64,000 nt of DNA, taken from positions 1,674,001 through 1,738,000 of the forward strand of contig CM119378.1 of the NCBI GenBank assembly GCA_051294905.1, given 5' to 3'. Below are positions 25,911 through 39,870 of this stretch, in pieces. Source of the stretch: Botryllus schlosseri (taxonomy: Eukaryota). Numbering within the stretch: position 1 is the stretch's first letter; every line of letters begins with the position of its first letter. The notes below the pieces were generated by a model that saw only the letters and a program-made list of their open reading frames with translations, did no database searches and was not told the DNA's origin. The position numbers and the translations under genes are program-made.

Positions 25911-28900
25911 TTCTTCACAGTCGATATATATTGTTAGATATAAGTTAACGTTCTGAAAAATTCAATGCGCGATTAGATTTATATTCAAAACGTCCGTGAA
26001 CGAAAACGAAAAATCAATTAGACATGTCCAATGCAGCGATCGCTTATAATTTAAATAGCATAACTGTCGGATGATTAATACGAATTGAATTCTTATAATT
26101 TCCGACTCAACACCGAGAGCAACGCTGGATCTACGTTAAGATTAAGATTCTGCAAAACACCCCTAATCCGGCGCGCGAAGTTAAAATTTGCAACAAGGAA
26201 TTCGAATATGACTTGTATATTCTGTCCGTTTGCGGCATATAAACCGCACTCACACGATCTGTGCATGTGCATACCATGAATACATGATGTTCATATGCAG
26301 GTGGATGATAAAGATGAACAACTGAACATTATCGTACGATGAACAAAGCAAAACATAGGCATAAAACCCAACGAATATTGTCACGTTACGCGATTCTGTA
26401 CAGGTGGAAAACTAACAAACATGCAAACTATATAGGTTCGCTCAGGTATATAAGCTATCAATGTTAATATACGGAACTCGTAAATATATCTCCCGAGTTG
26501 AAAATGCTGCCTGCAACTACAGTATTCAAAAATCACAAAACAGCTAATTGCGTACAATCCGACTGGAGAGTTGAGCCTGTCTAGTCAATGCTGATGACAT
26601 GAAACTGTCAGAATAAGATATCGTCCAACGGATCGCAGCCATTTAAGTACTGTTGCAACGCAGCGGATTGCCTGGTAACGTCAAGAAAAAAAATCTCTCA
26701 AAAATAACGAGGTTATTTACGAATTGTTCCGCGAAAAAGGCCCGCAGGGTCGACGATGGCAAAATATTCGGCGCAACATTGACATGGTACCTACATTTCT
26801 CTGTTTTCAGCAAATCTCACAACGCATTAGAGCGGGCCAAAGGTCGAGCTTATTTATTCCTACCCGTGACAGGATCAAAGCAATCGGGCAGTAATATTTC
26901 ATTAATATTTCGAATTATCCTTGACATTTTACGATGGTTTTTAGAAGGACTGTTATGCGTCACGAAACTGCATAAGATATGTGGTTGACAAGGAGAAAAT
27001 ATTATTCGTACAGGTAGGATTAGAAATATACGCGTGGGCCAATATTTGTGATGTAAATGTGGAATACGTTGATCTTGACCCTCGCATATATGCCAGAAGA
27101 ATCTGGGAATTTTTCATTAGTACTCCGATCGTGAATGTTAGACTTAATCTTCAGTCTAGTGGTTGTTAACCTTTATTAACCTGGCGAAAGCTAGTGTAGT
27201 TGCAAAAACAAGAATCAACCACATTACCCGTTTATTACATTATAATGAAATACTGGTGCAAAAAATTAACTCCTCACCTGCAAAAGTGTTAAAAGAACGA
27301 AACCATTAAGATATGATTTTCACACAACACAAAAATATTATGACGAATGTTTACCGCAAAGGAGCATGGCGTTTGCTGTAGGAGTTGGGTGCGTGTTTTG
27401 ACCTCCTGCGAACCGCTGAGCAGACTTGGACATCTTCAGTTTTTCCTAATTAGATTACAATTATAATTAATGCAGCAAAGTTTTTTTTTTTAAATTAGAC
27501 TAGAATTATAATTATAGTTACACAGTTTTTTCAAGGTAGTTTGGAATTAGAATTACTGAATTCACGAAAACCTGCATATTCAATCAACTTCTGTTCATAT
27601 CAAATGATAGCTCATTCTAATGAGCATGGCAATGGCAAATCTCTGTACAGAAACATTAGTATAGAAACATTTCACAAATTGATTAGAATTAGATTATCGG
27701 CATTTCGCTCTAATTAGACTGGCTCAGTGATCCCCTGTTAAAAAACCATTGATTTAGATGTAAATGTATCACCAGAATTCTGCATTGTACAGCAAGAGAG
27801 AAAAGGCGAGATTGTACAATAATAGAAAGAGGATTTGCTCATATTTGAACGGAGAATGACGGAGTAGGTGTGGTTAAGACAGCCATTTAAAATCCCAACC
27901 GCATTTTCGACAGTGCCAAATATACGTTCGCTACTAATAAGGCGGTGACACCAGACACACGGATTTGCCAATATACGGTTTCCGCTCTCAATTTACAGAA
28001 ATGATGCTGGTCAACGAAATTGGTAGCCGCACAACGCAGATAGGCCTGGAGCAAAAACACCGATATTTTGCATCACTTTCTTGGAATTCCGTACGGTTCC
28101 ATGAGGTAGGCGTAAAAATAAATATTTAAACGCCAAATATTGCATAGGGTCAGTGGCAGGGAGTGACAGATCAAGAGTCCGCTAGCGACACAGTCAAAGT
28201 TCGCATTTCCTTTGACGCATAGCACGATCTAGTCGATCCCTAGCAGGGAATCTCTACTGGCGCCGACGAGTCAGTCATTAATTGAATGCTAAATCGGATA
28301 AAGCTAGGTTTTTCGACATGGCGAGACTTTCTACAGGAATTCCTTGACTTGTTGACCTTCGCACGAACGAACATAATTGGTAACATGAGTTTTCTACATT
28401 CTACATACGCAATTTACATTCGTCAATATGAAATTAGAGCTAAATCCAGAGATGCTCAAAGTACCCAGCATCGCTACTCAATAAGAAGTTGAGGAATATG
28501 TATATTCAATTCTGTACAACTATCGATTTCTATGTCCTACCAAACCTACTTCAAGCCGGAAAAGAAAACGTCACGTCTGGCAATACTCACGTACCAGTTT
28601 TGAAAGGTCTATTTGATGGAAGCGTTGCATTCATTGTGTATAATAAATAAATCGGAAATGGATTATACTTTCGAAATTGGAAGATGCGTTACACAAAACA
28701 AAATGACTAAGGACTTCACTAAAAGAGTAATTTTCGGATATATTCTGCAGCCACGACTACCTGTTGATACGATAAATTTACACACACAATCGATGCAAAC
28801 CAATTACAATATACTATATATTATCTGCCTTACAAAATCCAAAGTGTAAAAAGTAAGAGGTTTTACGTTAAAAATATGTTAGGTAGAAGTAGAAGTAGTA

Positions 28901-31900
28901 TGAAAAGGTATACACTTGTGTAGGTAGTGTAAGTATGCTTGAGTACTCGATAAAGTACAATTACTTCTTTAGTGACCACCTTTGGCCAAGCAGGCCGATT
29001 ATCGGTTTTGCAAGAATATTGAGTAGATATTACTCTTTGAAAGAAATATCGGTATCGGCCGTTGGAAGTAAATATTATCGGCAATTTTCGCGAAGTGAAA
29101 ACACGATATTAGGAAGTCAGAGAACTATAATATGAGGCTGGTAGAATGGGAATATTGATCTATTTCTTATAAATTACGGGTGTCCAGATGCAGCCTTTCT
29201 GGTCTATTTCATGTCTAAACAGAGCAATGACTGTAAAGCTGTGCAAATATATGCTGTGAAGTTTTGAAAATACACATGGTGCAATGTGTTAGGGCTGTAG
29301 TTTTAATGTTCTTCCGAAATACTGAGGATTTAGAATTGTGATTAGAGACGGAATTTAAATGCAATTGCCGATATTGTTGAATTTTCAATGGGCGGCAATA
29401 AACAATTTGCGGTGTTATGGAGAATATCGTGTTTATAATGCTGCGCGGTTATGTAAAAAGCTTCTGGAAACGGCACACGCAGCGTCACGCACGAAACGTT
29501 TCCAAAATTTGCGGTTCCATATCAACCAAACAAGGATATGCCAATTTATAAGCCGCTTTATGCGTGTTCATACTTCATACGCGTGGGTATTAATTCACGC
29601 AGTGACGCAGGCTGTCCGCAAGAGAGAAATATACCCATTACCATCGCTTTAATCAGGTAACCAATAGTTACTGAAAATTATTATGAAGAAGATACACGGT
29701 CAACCTATGTATTACAACTCTAAACGCTACGGAGCGACGATTCCAGTAATATTCTACTTACATTCCAGGTCATTACAATAAGTGGAACGCATAATAGGTC
29801 CTTGCATGTACGACATTTCCAAAAGTCATTGTCTTTCTGGAACATTTATGCGTCCAAAGAAAACAAAGAATACATGTTAATATTTCATCATGGACAATTT
29901 TAAACGACATGTGAATGATCTGCGTGATACAATATAAAGAACGGGATTGAACTCTATCCCTGTGATTATATCCTGATATCAACGTAAAGAGAAAGCGCGT
30001 CACGTGCATTTGTGGGAACGTTTATACGCGTAGCCCGTGCAGACTTTTTGTCAAAAGTTCAAAATCATTAAGGAAAATTTGTTGATTGATTACACATTTC
30101 AAATATTGCAGTTGCCAAAATGAATAACTCTCGCCGGTATCTGCCCTTTGCGACAATTTTCGCGGAATAACGTTTTCTAGTATCCATTATGTAATTCTTG
30201 TCGATTCTCTACCAGCAGTCGCTGGCGATTACCCCTGATGACGAGTGTCAGCCGAAGCCGGTTCATTTCAATATGAATGTTTTATTCAATTGGGTACTGA
30301 AGTTCTGTATACCTATATGGGTGTCTACAAGATTGTTGTCGTGGATATTATTTAGTGATTTGAGGGGCTACTAATCACACGTGGCATAAATATGGCATTA
30401 CATTATAAAATTATTTTTCTCGCACTTGAATTAATGATTAAGTACAAAATGAGAAAGTACATGCTGAGTGGTAACGATAAAGAAGCTTTGGCAGTAATCC
30501 CCAAAAATCATCCTATACATAAAATATTCGTTATATCTGCAACGGCTAATACTTTAGCTCCGTTTATTGTTTACTGAGTAGCATGAGCGCGAATGTACAA
30601 AACACCATAAATACTGTGTATAGCTGAGTACGTGAAAAAATGACAGAAAATATCATTCTCCAAAGTATATTTCTGTGTAGGCGTGTCGTGATAATTCCAA
30701 TGCTACACAAGAGAAACGTAAATCAGCAACGTAATCGTTTTCGATTTGTGCCGTTTTGGGACGATATGGTGATATTTTAGTCGTGATATCCGCTAAATTC
30801 GCGAATATATTGGTTCTTACGTGCCACAAAGTGCGTTTCACGTTCTCTGTACACTCCGCTTAGCAGACGCTATTTTCAAGCGATAATTGTGAAGTTATTA
30901 TCACTCTTGGGAAGTTGAAATATTACAGGGGTCGTTTCGGCGCTGCCTTTAATCAGAATTCCAAATGTCGCAATTCCTTGGTATTAAATATGTCTCGATA
31001 TAGAACGGACAAAGGCTCGATTATCAAACGCTCGAGACCGCAATTACGGAAAGATATGTCGCGGAATGCGACCCAACTGGTGGCACCATGCCTGGCCAGC
31101 AGGCGAAATTGCAATCATTGCGAATCGATACACTGAAGATCTCTATCGTAGAATTGTGTGCGTTGACAACTGCCAGCTGATGCATTAGAATTATCTATCG
31201 CGGCGCTTCAGTAGGTATAGAGTTTCAAATCGTTACGTTCATTTACCGTCTCATATTCGTCATATTAGCTTAAAATCGAGTAACGTATTCATATTGAAGT
31301 AAACAGGAATATTTTTGGCTGGCACTCGTTAAGGGTAACCGTACGCGACTAGTAGAGAATTGGAAAGAACATCGTATATAAAAAATATCACAATACTAGC
31401 TGGTTCGAGATTTGTACACTTGGGACGTTTTTACGAGTTATGTAACAAATCATCCCGCGCGTGAATCAGTAAGGGAGGCGACGTCAAAAATTTCGTTATT
31501 GATATCAGTGATTGTGTGTCACCGTTATAAATTTTTCTGTCTGATGTTTGAACTTGAACGTAATAACAAGGTGTGTGGTAGGTAGTGTCATCAATCATTT
31601 TGCGTAAGTCGCTAAGATACGTATTGCCATTTCGATAGTAGTTACCTCATATTAACTGGTATAAGTATGGGACCTTTCGACCAAATCTACTTTTTATAAA
31701 TACTTGCTGACTGCCTTTTAAAGCTTCTATTTTTATTGCAAATTGCAGTATTTTTGACATGTCCTTGAAGTTTCTACTTCTACTTGTAACTGAGTAGAAA
31801 TCAAGGTCGGTGTTTTTCTGCTTAATATTCGAATTTCAACATAAATGTAGTAAAGAAAAAATGCAAAACGGTGCCAATCTCCTTAAATCACAATCGTCAA

Positions 31901-31951
31901 ACCATATCCTGATATATTATGTAGTCAATACACGCGATGGTTGGTTCGCTG

Positions 31952-32547
31952 CAGGGTTGTAATGACTCGAGTCATGACTCGACTCGAGTAAGACTCGAGT
32001 CACGATTTTCTGATGACTCGACTTGACTCGAGTCATTTTATCAAAATACAAAAATGGCTCGACTCGACTCGAGTCAATCTGTGTATTGACTCGACTTTGA
32101 CTCGAGTCATTGCGCATGACTCGAACCAAGTCATATGACTCGAGACTCATACGGCCAATACCGACATTTCATTGCAATTTCGAAGAACAGTAAAGTAACC
32201 ACCTTATTCGGATTTCGACTATTGGTACTGGTATTTGAAAATGCGAGCAGAAACTGTTAAAAGTGAGGAAAATTAGTATTTTATAAATGCGAACCATTTG
32301 ATATCACTAAACAAAGTTATAAAAGTGGGTTTAGCAAGACTTCAACTGGAAACTGAGCAGTCAACACAAAGACTTGGACTCGGACTCGAGACATAATACC
32401 ATGACTCGGACTCGAACCTCTGCTGGATGACTTGGACTCGGACTTGACTCGGCGGTGAATTGAAAATGACTCGACTAGACTCGAGTCAAAACGATATAAG
32501 TGAGATTGACTTGTGACTCGGTGCTTCATGACTTCGTTACAACCCTG
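31952..32547. mobile_element. hAT MITE with subterminal GACTCGAGTC arrays
   Basis: TIR CAGGGTTGTAA / TTACAACCCTG; perfect 8-bp TSD GTTCGCTG; many GACTCG/CGAGTC motifs clustered at both ends. Confidence 0.92.
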
Positions 32548-32869
32548 GTTCGCTGTTGATCTTAAATCCAAAGCTGGACAAACATATATCCAAATTATAT
32601 TAGACTTACAGTTACCAAATTCGTAAAAACGTGAATATCGAGTTCAATTTCGCAATAGAAAGAAATATCCCAAAAATCAAGTTCGGTTCTTATCAAATCA
32701 AAATTCATCCTCATGAGCACGAGAACGGCTAAGATTGGCTCGTTTCGCGAGGAATTCTATAAACTAAAATATAATTTGAATAGGAGCATAGAAAAATTTC
32801 ACAAGTGACATTAGTCCTAATTCGTCCGATATGAAAACTAGAACTATTTAATTGTCCGTACCTGGTGAT

Positions 32870-33969
32870 TCGGGCTGTTAAAAAAAAACGTTTTCTTCAG
32901 AATTCATTGGCCATGTGATAAAATTGTTAGGTTGCTTAAGACAACGCTGCAGATCAAATTTGGCTCGATTCCAACCAGTTGAAGCGAAATTCTTGCAGTT
33001 GAAAGTTTTGAATTTATCATTAAAAAATAAAAAATAAAATTTCAAAATTTCACTGTCAACCCCATAAAATTGTTAGGCAGTCAGTAGAGATGATGCATAG
33101 CAAATTTGGCTCAATTCCTCCCCCTCGAAGCGAAGTTATTGCCGTAGAAAAATTTCTAATTCCATAATTTTATATTAAATAATTAAAGAGTTACCCACCG
33201 TAAATACTATTTTATTCAAATACAAATTTTTCTACTGCAATAACTTCGCTTCTAGGGGTTGGAATTGAGCGTGCGAAATTTGGCGTGCATCATCTCTACT
33301 GACAGAAGGAGGTATCCAAAGAACATGGGAACAAGTCACGGCAAATACCGAACAAAGAGCGAACATGCAGACTATGCTCCATATGGCACACAAACAACCA
33401 ATCAGGGAAGACCATGAGCGAACTCTCATAATACTAATCTCAATGTTCAAACAGGCGATATGGACCGGGAGAAACAAGAAGCTGTCGAGAAACGCTAGAT
33501 AGATCGCCAATGACTGCTGAATTCCTTCAAGGGGAGAATAACGATGAGGAACCCGATCCCGCAAGACCCACAGCTAGATAATATCATCTCGAACATAAAG
33601 AACAACATAATGGGGCGTACCTTCCGATGAAGCGAAATTGAAATTCGAAATTATTGAGTCTATCAAATTTGAGTGTTGCGCCTTCTTACCGTTATGTGCT
33701 TTCCACCGTGGAATTTAACATATCATAAGAACATGATAAACAAAATGTAGTCTACTGAGAGCCTAACAATTTTATACGGTTGACAGAAAAATTTTGAAAT
33801 TTTATTTTTCAATTTTTTAATAATAAATTTAAAATTTTCTACTGCAAGAATCTCGCTTGTACTGGTTGGAATTGAGTCAAAGTTGGTGCGTGGCATTGTT
33901 TTAACCAACCTAACAATTTTAATACGTAGCTAGTAAAATCTGAAGTAAAAGTTTTTTTGAACAGCCCTA
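32870..33969. mobile_element. Near fully palindromic non-autonomous hAT element
   Basis: TIR T(C/A)GGGCTGTT(A/C)AAAAAAA; TSD CTGGTGAT / CTGATGAT (7/8). The right arm (33751-33969 plus 33230-33302) is the reverse complement of the left arm (32870-33150). Confidence 0.85.
33303..33750 (+). mobile_element. 5'-truncated LINE (L1/Tx1-like ORF2 C-terminus) inserted in the hAT right arm
   Basis: Flanked by a TCTACTGA duplication (33295-33302, 33751-33758). Plus frame 33302-33502 reads ...IQRTWEQV...LIILISMFKQAIWTGRNKKL*, resembling the W...K..IW..RN motif downstream of the L1/Tx1 RT zinc finger. Family assignment is from motif recall. Confidence 0.6.
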
Positions 33970-35499
33970 CTGATGATACCTCTTGATCGGTTGATTGATA
34001 CTTAACTAATACCTAGGACTTATTTGGCATATACTATGTATTTGTCATGAAGAGCGTTCGTAGAGTTATTGTATATAGCACCAGTCTCGTCTATCTGGAG
34101 TCTCGGAGTCTGAATTGTAAAAAATGACCTAATTCAGTTCAAATAACGCCATTCCTTAAATATGTCTATAAATATAGTGCGATTCGTGGGATGCGGTTCC
34201 CTCTGACCAACGGCCACTTAAATTAACAGATAATTAGGTATTAATCCGACTTTAATCATTGCCACTGCGATGTCATCTTATTGCGCGGGCAGGAATTTTG
34301 TTGAATCTAGATTCTAGAATTATCGAGACTATTTATCTACGCACTGGACAGATTCGCCTTGACTACCCCAACTCATACTCAAAGTTGTCCAAGTCGCCTG
34401 TATACAAAGTCCAGAAATAGTGTATTTGGTACATACTTGAAGCGCTTCTTGGAAATACGGAATTTAAATATACAATTCAAAATTATACTCATATTGAAAT
34501 GAACCCGGGTATTTTCGGCTGACACTCGTCATGGGTAATCGTCTGCAGCTAGTAGAGAATTGCAAAGGACACAACAATTGTCAGCCGAAAATATTCGGGT
34601 TCATTTTATTATGAATATACTATTCAATTTTCACATATTTGCGCAAAATAAACGGTAAGTGTTGGCCTACCACGAATGTCGATTGACCAGCTGCCAGTAA
34701 TGAAACAATACTATTCTTGAGTATTCAAGTATGTTTGCCCATACTTGCACTAGATATATTTTGAAACTACATTTATCAGTTTTCGGTAGTTTTTCAGCCA
34801 CAATTACGCCATAGTATTTCGTTATGTGTATATCGATACGTGTACTTGTATTTGAGTATATATTTTCGACCTTACTTCTTTGAGTACTAACGACGGCTAC
34901 TTTGACCACCTCTGGAAGTGATAAGCCTTATGTCGCATAGTCAAAACTGAATGGATGGAGATTTTGGTGAATTTTTCCATACTGTTTATCTTGGGTGAGT
35001 TTAGACGCTAGATATGACCATAATCCTCGACCACAAAATCTCATCTCTGAGGGACAGACGTAGCGTATTTCCCGAATTCACAGAAATAGTTGCGGTGCAA
35101 ACGAAATTACCAGTGCCGATGGCGATGTATCTCAGGGCACGCGGCTGCAATTGCGTTTACCATAAATGGATTGATTTATTGAGTGTTCGTCGCATTGGGA
35201 AAACTGTTAAGAAATATTTTCGTATGGAGATTGTACAGTTGAACACGATATACCATTTTACTTACATCAAATTATCACCTTAAAAGCGTCATTAAATATA
35301 TTCCAACGGCGGTGAAAGTATTAATCGTTAGTACTCAAGCAGAATGTAAAAGTAACTTCGTAAATTGCGACTGAACTACAACTAAAAGTAGACATTTTGG
35401 TGACATGTTAAGTAACTATAAAAGTAAGTATTCTAGGCCTCGATTTGAATAAAAAACTGAAAACTGTTAAGCATACGTATAGAGGTAGTCTAAAGCCTT

Positions 35500-35775
35500 T
35501 AATTGAATACTACGAGTCTTCAGTATTACCGGACCACGACCTAACAGCGACCTCGCCCTCCGCCACATGCCACCTCATTTTGTCACTTGCGTATTATATT
35601 CTCTGCATTACTTTTCATTCAGTGTGCACGCCTCTTCTTTACTTCGCCTAGGCTAAGATGGGTGTCTGATCTTAGAGGCTACTCCAAGTTGTTTCGTCGC
35701 CTTCCTATCTTTTCATTGTATCGCAGTCTTGTGATGTTTTGAAACGATGGAAATATTAATAAACCTGAGTGAAAA
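35500..35775 (+). repeat. Interspersed ~280-bp repeat, family C (retroposon-like, AATAAA + (TGAT)n tail)
   Basis: Near full-length match to the minus copies at 61120-61405 and 61705-62100; partial copies at 11755-11860, 51370-51510, 52100-52140, 60805-60840 and 62230-62280. Confidence 0.8.
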
Positions 35776-37812
35776 GCATAACAACTTGAGTAAGTAACGC
35801 AAGCAGATGAAACTTACTCGACGTACTCCGAAAAGTAAACGTATTTCGTTACTGACCAATGACCATCTATGAATACGATGTTTTCTTCCGTGCAAGCAGT
35901 ACATCTAAATAAACGATAAATCAATAAATCAATGTGGTGATTGTTCAAGACACTTGGTTGATTACTGAATACTGTAATTAGTTTACTTCGCTCTGTTCAT
36001 TCTGTTTGTAACTCAGTTGCTTATGTCTCTATGCTTGGAAGTGCATGTCTAAGTTCCGTGTAGATTGTAGCCTAATTTCAGTTAAAGGAGACTACAATTT
36101 TATTGACTGCTATTGATACAATCGACTCTGGGAGGGCTTTCTTGCAAGAGAATTATATCCGTGTTTCAGTACAAAATGTGCTGAGAAGTGAAATGATTGG
36201 AACTTAACTTCAATACTTCGGTATCAAGGCGAAATTAAAGTGAAATCGTTGACAACAAATTAATGTATGACGCGATTATTGATATTCAATGTTTCTTCCA
36301 ATTCTCTACTCGTTGCTGACGATTATACCCTGACAATTGTGAGCCGAAAATATATGGGCTCATTTCAATTTACTATGAAATTGTATATTGAAGCTCTGTA
36401 CCTCCAACAAGTTCTTCAAATTAATATAAAACAGAACGATGAAACGTGCGTACTCCGAATCGGCACTTTGAAACAATCAGATCGCAGGATATACATTGAT
36501 ACCAGCACCGGGTTGACAGGTCACGTTTATCGATTCAAAGCACATTGCAATCGCTCACGCTTATCTGCGAATGCCAGGCAGACACAATTGCGTCTATTTC
36601 CAGGAATTGAAACAGTCGCCAATGTATTCTTAACGCGCGATCCTAGAAAAAGAGGTCCCATCGAAATTCAACTTTACAAGGCCCGGCGAAAATCTTTCAT
36701 CAAAATGTTTAGAAAGTCATATTCAAATGAGTGTACGATATATCATGTATATCAACCGAAACTTCAGCACCGCGGAAGAGTACTCTTCACAATTAATACC
36801 TCTCTACATCTGTCGCACTTGATTCGCTTGATACGAACGACAATAATTTCCACTTGCCGCACTTGACACTCGGGAATGCGTTGGCAATTAGCATACGCCG
36901 CGCACTTGGCAGGGTTGCATGAAAACTCGTGTGTATCGATACGGAATTTGTTCCGTAATCATTCTACTTACAACGTTATAATCTTTCCGATAAAGAGCGT
37001 TTATTTTTCTCTAATTGAAAGTTACAGGAACATAAACACTGCAGCCAGCCAGTGTCAAACACGGTTACGGTGTACCGATACATATCATTGTTGGGTGGCT
37101 AGAAACTTTGCAGTTTTTTCATATTATCCAGTTCATATCAAATCGCACATTTCATTCTCCTAACTACGGGAATGGTGAACATCAAGTTTGGCTCGTTTTG
37201 CACTATACAGTTTTGACGAATTTTCAGTAAAACCAGACATTATATTAGTATTAAAATAGGAGCACATGCATTTCACTAGTTGGATTATATTTAGATTACC
37301 GGCATTTCGCTGTATAGTCAGTCTCATTATTTAGTTTCACAAGTCTGGTACACATAGACGCTGCTCAACGTAACACAACTTCGAGTTCGCAGGAAATTCA
37401 TGTACCACTCTCGGTGGTACAGAACTTCAATATACAATTGTATATTATATTTATATTGAAATAAACTGGAATATTGTAGGCTGACATGTGTCAGGGGCGA
37501 GAGTCAGCAACTAGTAGATACTTGGGAAGAACATTGTATATAAACAATCGTATCACCGGGTTACAATTCCAACATGAATCTATTATTCTATTGTAGAATC
37601 ATGTATGCTGTCAGCTGTTCTATAAATTTTGAACGTACAATGAAATATTGTCTCCGTCAGCATGCTCTGCATAATCTGGACACGATCTATATAGAATACA
37701 ATTATATTGTACGGGAAAGCAGTAAGGCGCCGCGTGGATGCTAACTTTGCGTCGATGTCTTCAATGATATCTATCACAGGAAAAATAAGCATCGACACGT
37801 GATCCATATAGA

Positions 37813-39870
37813 TAGGGTTCCGGTTTAAATCATTTTGCCTCTGATTAAAATCGATTTTAATCGAGTAATTAATTCAAATCATGATTTTTTTGATTTTTTT
37901 GGTTTTTTTACTCATAATAACAACAACAACACGAATAAAAGAAATTGCGATGAATGACGACACTGTCAATCAAGGTTATGAAGGATAATGCTTGAACTTT
38001 CATAATGGGGGCTGTGAATCATCAGTTCATCACCCACATAGCTGAAAACGTTTAACCTATGTGGTAATGATGGGTCGTTAGAATCATTACTGATCTGTTC
38101 TAGTAGCGAGGAACATGTTGATTTATCTCGGGACCATCCATTATAGTTGCATCTTCATCTTGATTGACGGATTGGTCTTTGCCAGCAAACTGTTGATCTT
38201 CCTGAACTCTTTATCTGCTTTGTTAGTACCATAGTCCATGAAGTGATCTTTCACTCGCAGCATCACTTCAACATTTGCCTGTGGCAGGCAATCACGACTC
38301 TTGTTTGCAATTGCGGCTGCACATGACTGATGCCCCTCACAAGATGCAGCATGTGCAACGGACGAAAGGCGAGTCTTGAAAGCTTTGGAGAACACCGGCA
38401 TGATCCATCCAGAATATTGCTGGCTGATGAATTAGATATGGTACCGAGATACTCGATTCTGCATCGAAAATTCCTAAAAATCAAGGGAAGATAAGGGACA
38501 TTCAGTGTGTGTGGAGTGTACACAATTATGCTTACCAACTTTACAAACATAATCAATCCAATTCATTGTTCGATTATAGGTTTCCAGCAGACTAATCATT
38601 GCATTTTGGTTCCATCTGTGAAAATATTCATTTTGCCAGGTCTCGAACTACTCTTTTTCGATTAATGTCCATTGTCCAAGCCACATCCTCTAACTCGAGG
38701 ATCTAGAATCCATGAAACTAAATGATGGTCTCCGTCAAGAGTTAATGCTCTTATAGCTGCATCTTTGACAGCATGAGACTTTATCGTCCGCACAAAGAGC
38801 AATAGTCTTTTTAATCTTGAGCTTGAGCCACATCCAGCTTGATAAGAGAAGGGCACCAGATTGTCCAGAGATGGCTGCAAAATGCAAGATTTTTAATTTA
38901 GACATGCGATTAGTCAAAAAAGTTTTAAAACCACTGGTCTAAATCTTTCCTTTCTATATGTTTTGATGTCGCTATCATTGCTTACAGTTATTCTATGTAA
39001 TTGGAGCTTGCTTGTTCTGAGCACAGCATGCATGTTTAATTCAAAAACCAAGTGCTGTATTGTCTCTCTTTTTCTGAAGTAAAATTAAACGTAAATGGCA
39101 ATCTTACGAGCTACCATATTTTGGTTAACATATACAAGCGTGATTGCCCAATAGATGTTTGCCAATGGCAAAAGTTATGGCCTTTGATTGCTCAGCATCT
39201 AGCTTGAGGGGGTGAGTCAAGGGTGAGATTTTCACCGAACGTCATGCGCGTGTTCTGATAAATCTAGGGACATGGTGTTTTACGGTATGCGTTCCTGTTT
39301 ACGGTACACACAGATTCGTTTCTATTTCAATCCATAACCAGTATTCAAGCAGCTACATAAATATGAATCGCACATAATGACATGGTATCTTACTTGTGTT
39401 CACATTCCACAGCTAGTTGGCCCATTGCTCCAGCCCGCAATAACTGCGAACTGATTTTTGCAACGCTTAGGCATCAGAGATTAGGGAATCTTTCGATAGA
39501 GACTCCGGATTGCGCTTCCTTTTCGGTATCGCACGAGTGTCTCGAAAATAGCAGCTGCATGTCGTAGACAACTAACTATCCACAGCAAAAACACTAACAT
39601 ATTGATTGACTACCGCTCTTTGCTCTTTTCCCGCCTGTCTGTCAAATAGCTGAACCATAACGGTGCCGGTGACGAAATACCACGTCCGGTTAATATAAAA
39701 CGCACATGATTGTCCGATAATAAACCACAGTCACGCATCTCGTCAGAAAATTTGAAAAAATCAAAAAAATCATTAAAATCAAAATGGTGAAATTAAAATC
39801 AAAAATCAAGGAAAAAAACCTGATTTAAATCACACTGATTTAAATCAGCCTGATTTAAACCAGAACCCTA
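37813..39870 (-). mobile_element. hAT transposon, internally deleted, with degenerate transposase
   Basis: TIR TAGGGTTC(C/T)GGTTTAAATCA (19/20); perfect TSD CATATAGA; GATTTAAATC subterminal repeats. Minus-strand remnants HLVSWILDPRVRG (about 38690-38730) and a dimerisation-domain-like LSSVAHAASCEGHQSCAAAIANKSRDCLPQANVEVMLRV (38141-38401), broken by stops and frameshifts. Confidence 0.9.

Noticed and set aside
33232-33564. 110-aa hydrophobic minus ORF
   Set aside because: Antisense of the LINE fragment plus part of the hAT arm.
36267-36866. 199-aa plus-strand ORF, the longest in the track
   Set aside because: Its first ~45 codons are a reverse copy of the abundant 150-bp repeat and it has no recognisable domain. 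Only the part after the 36604 acceptor is kept, as a weak candidate exon.
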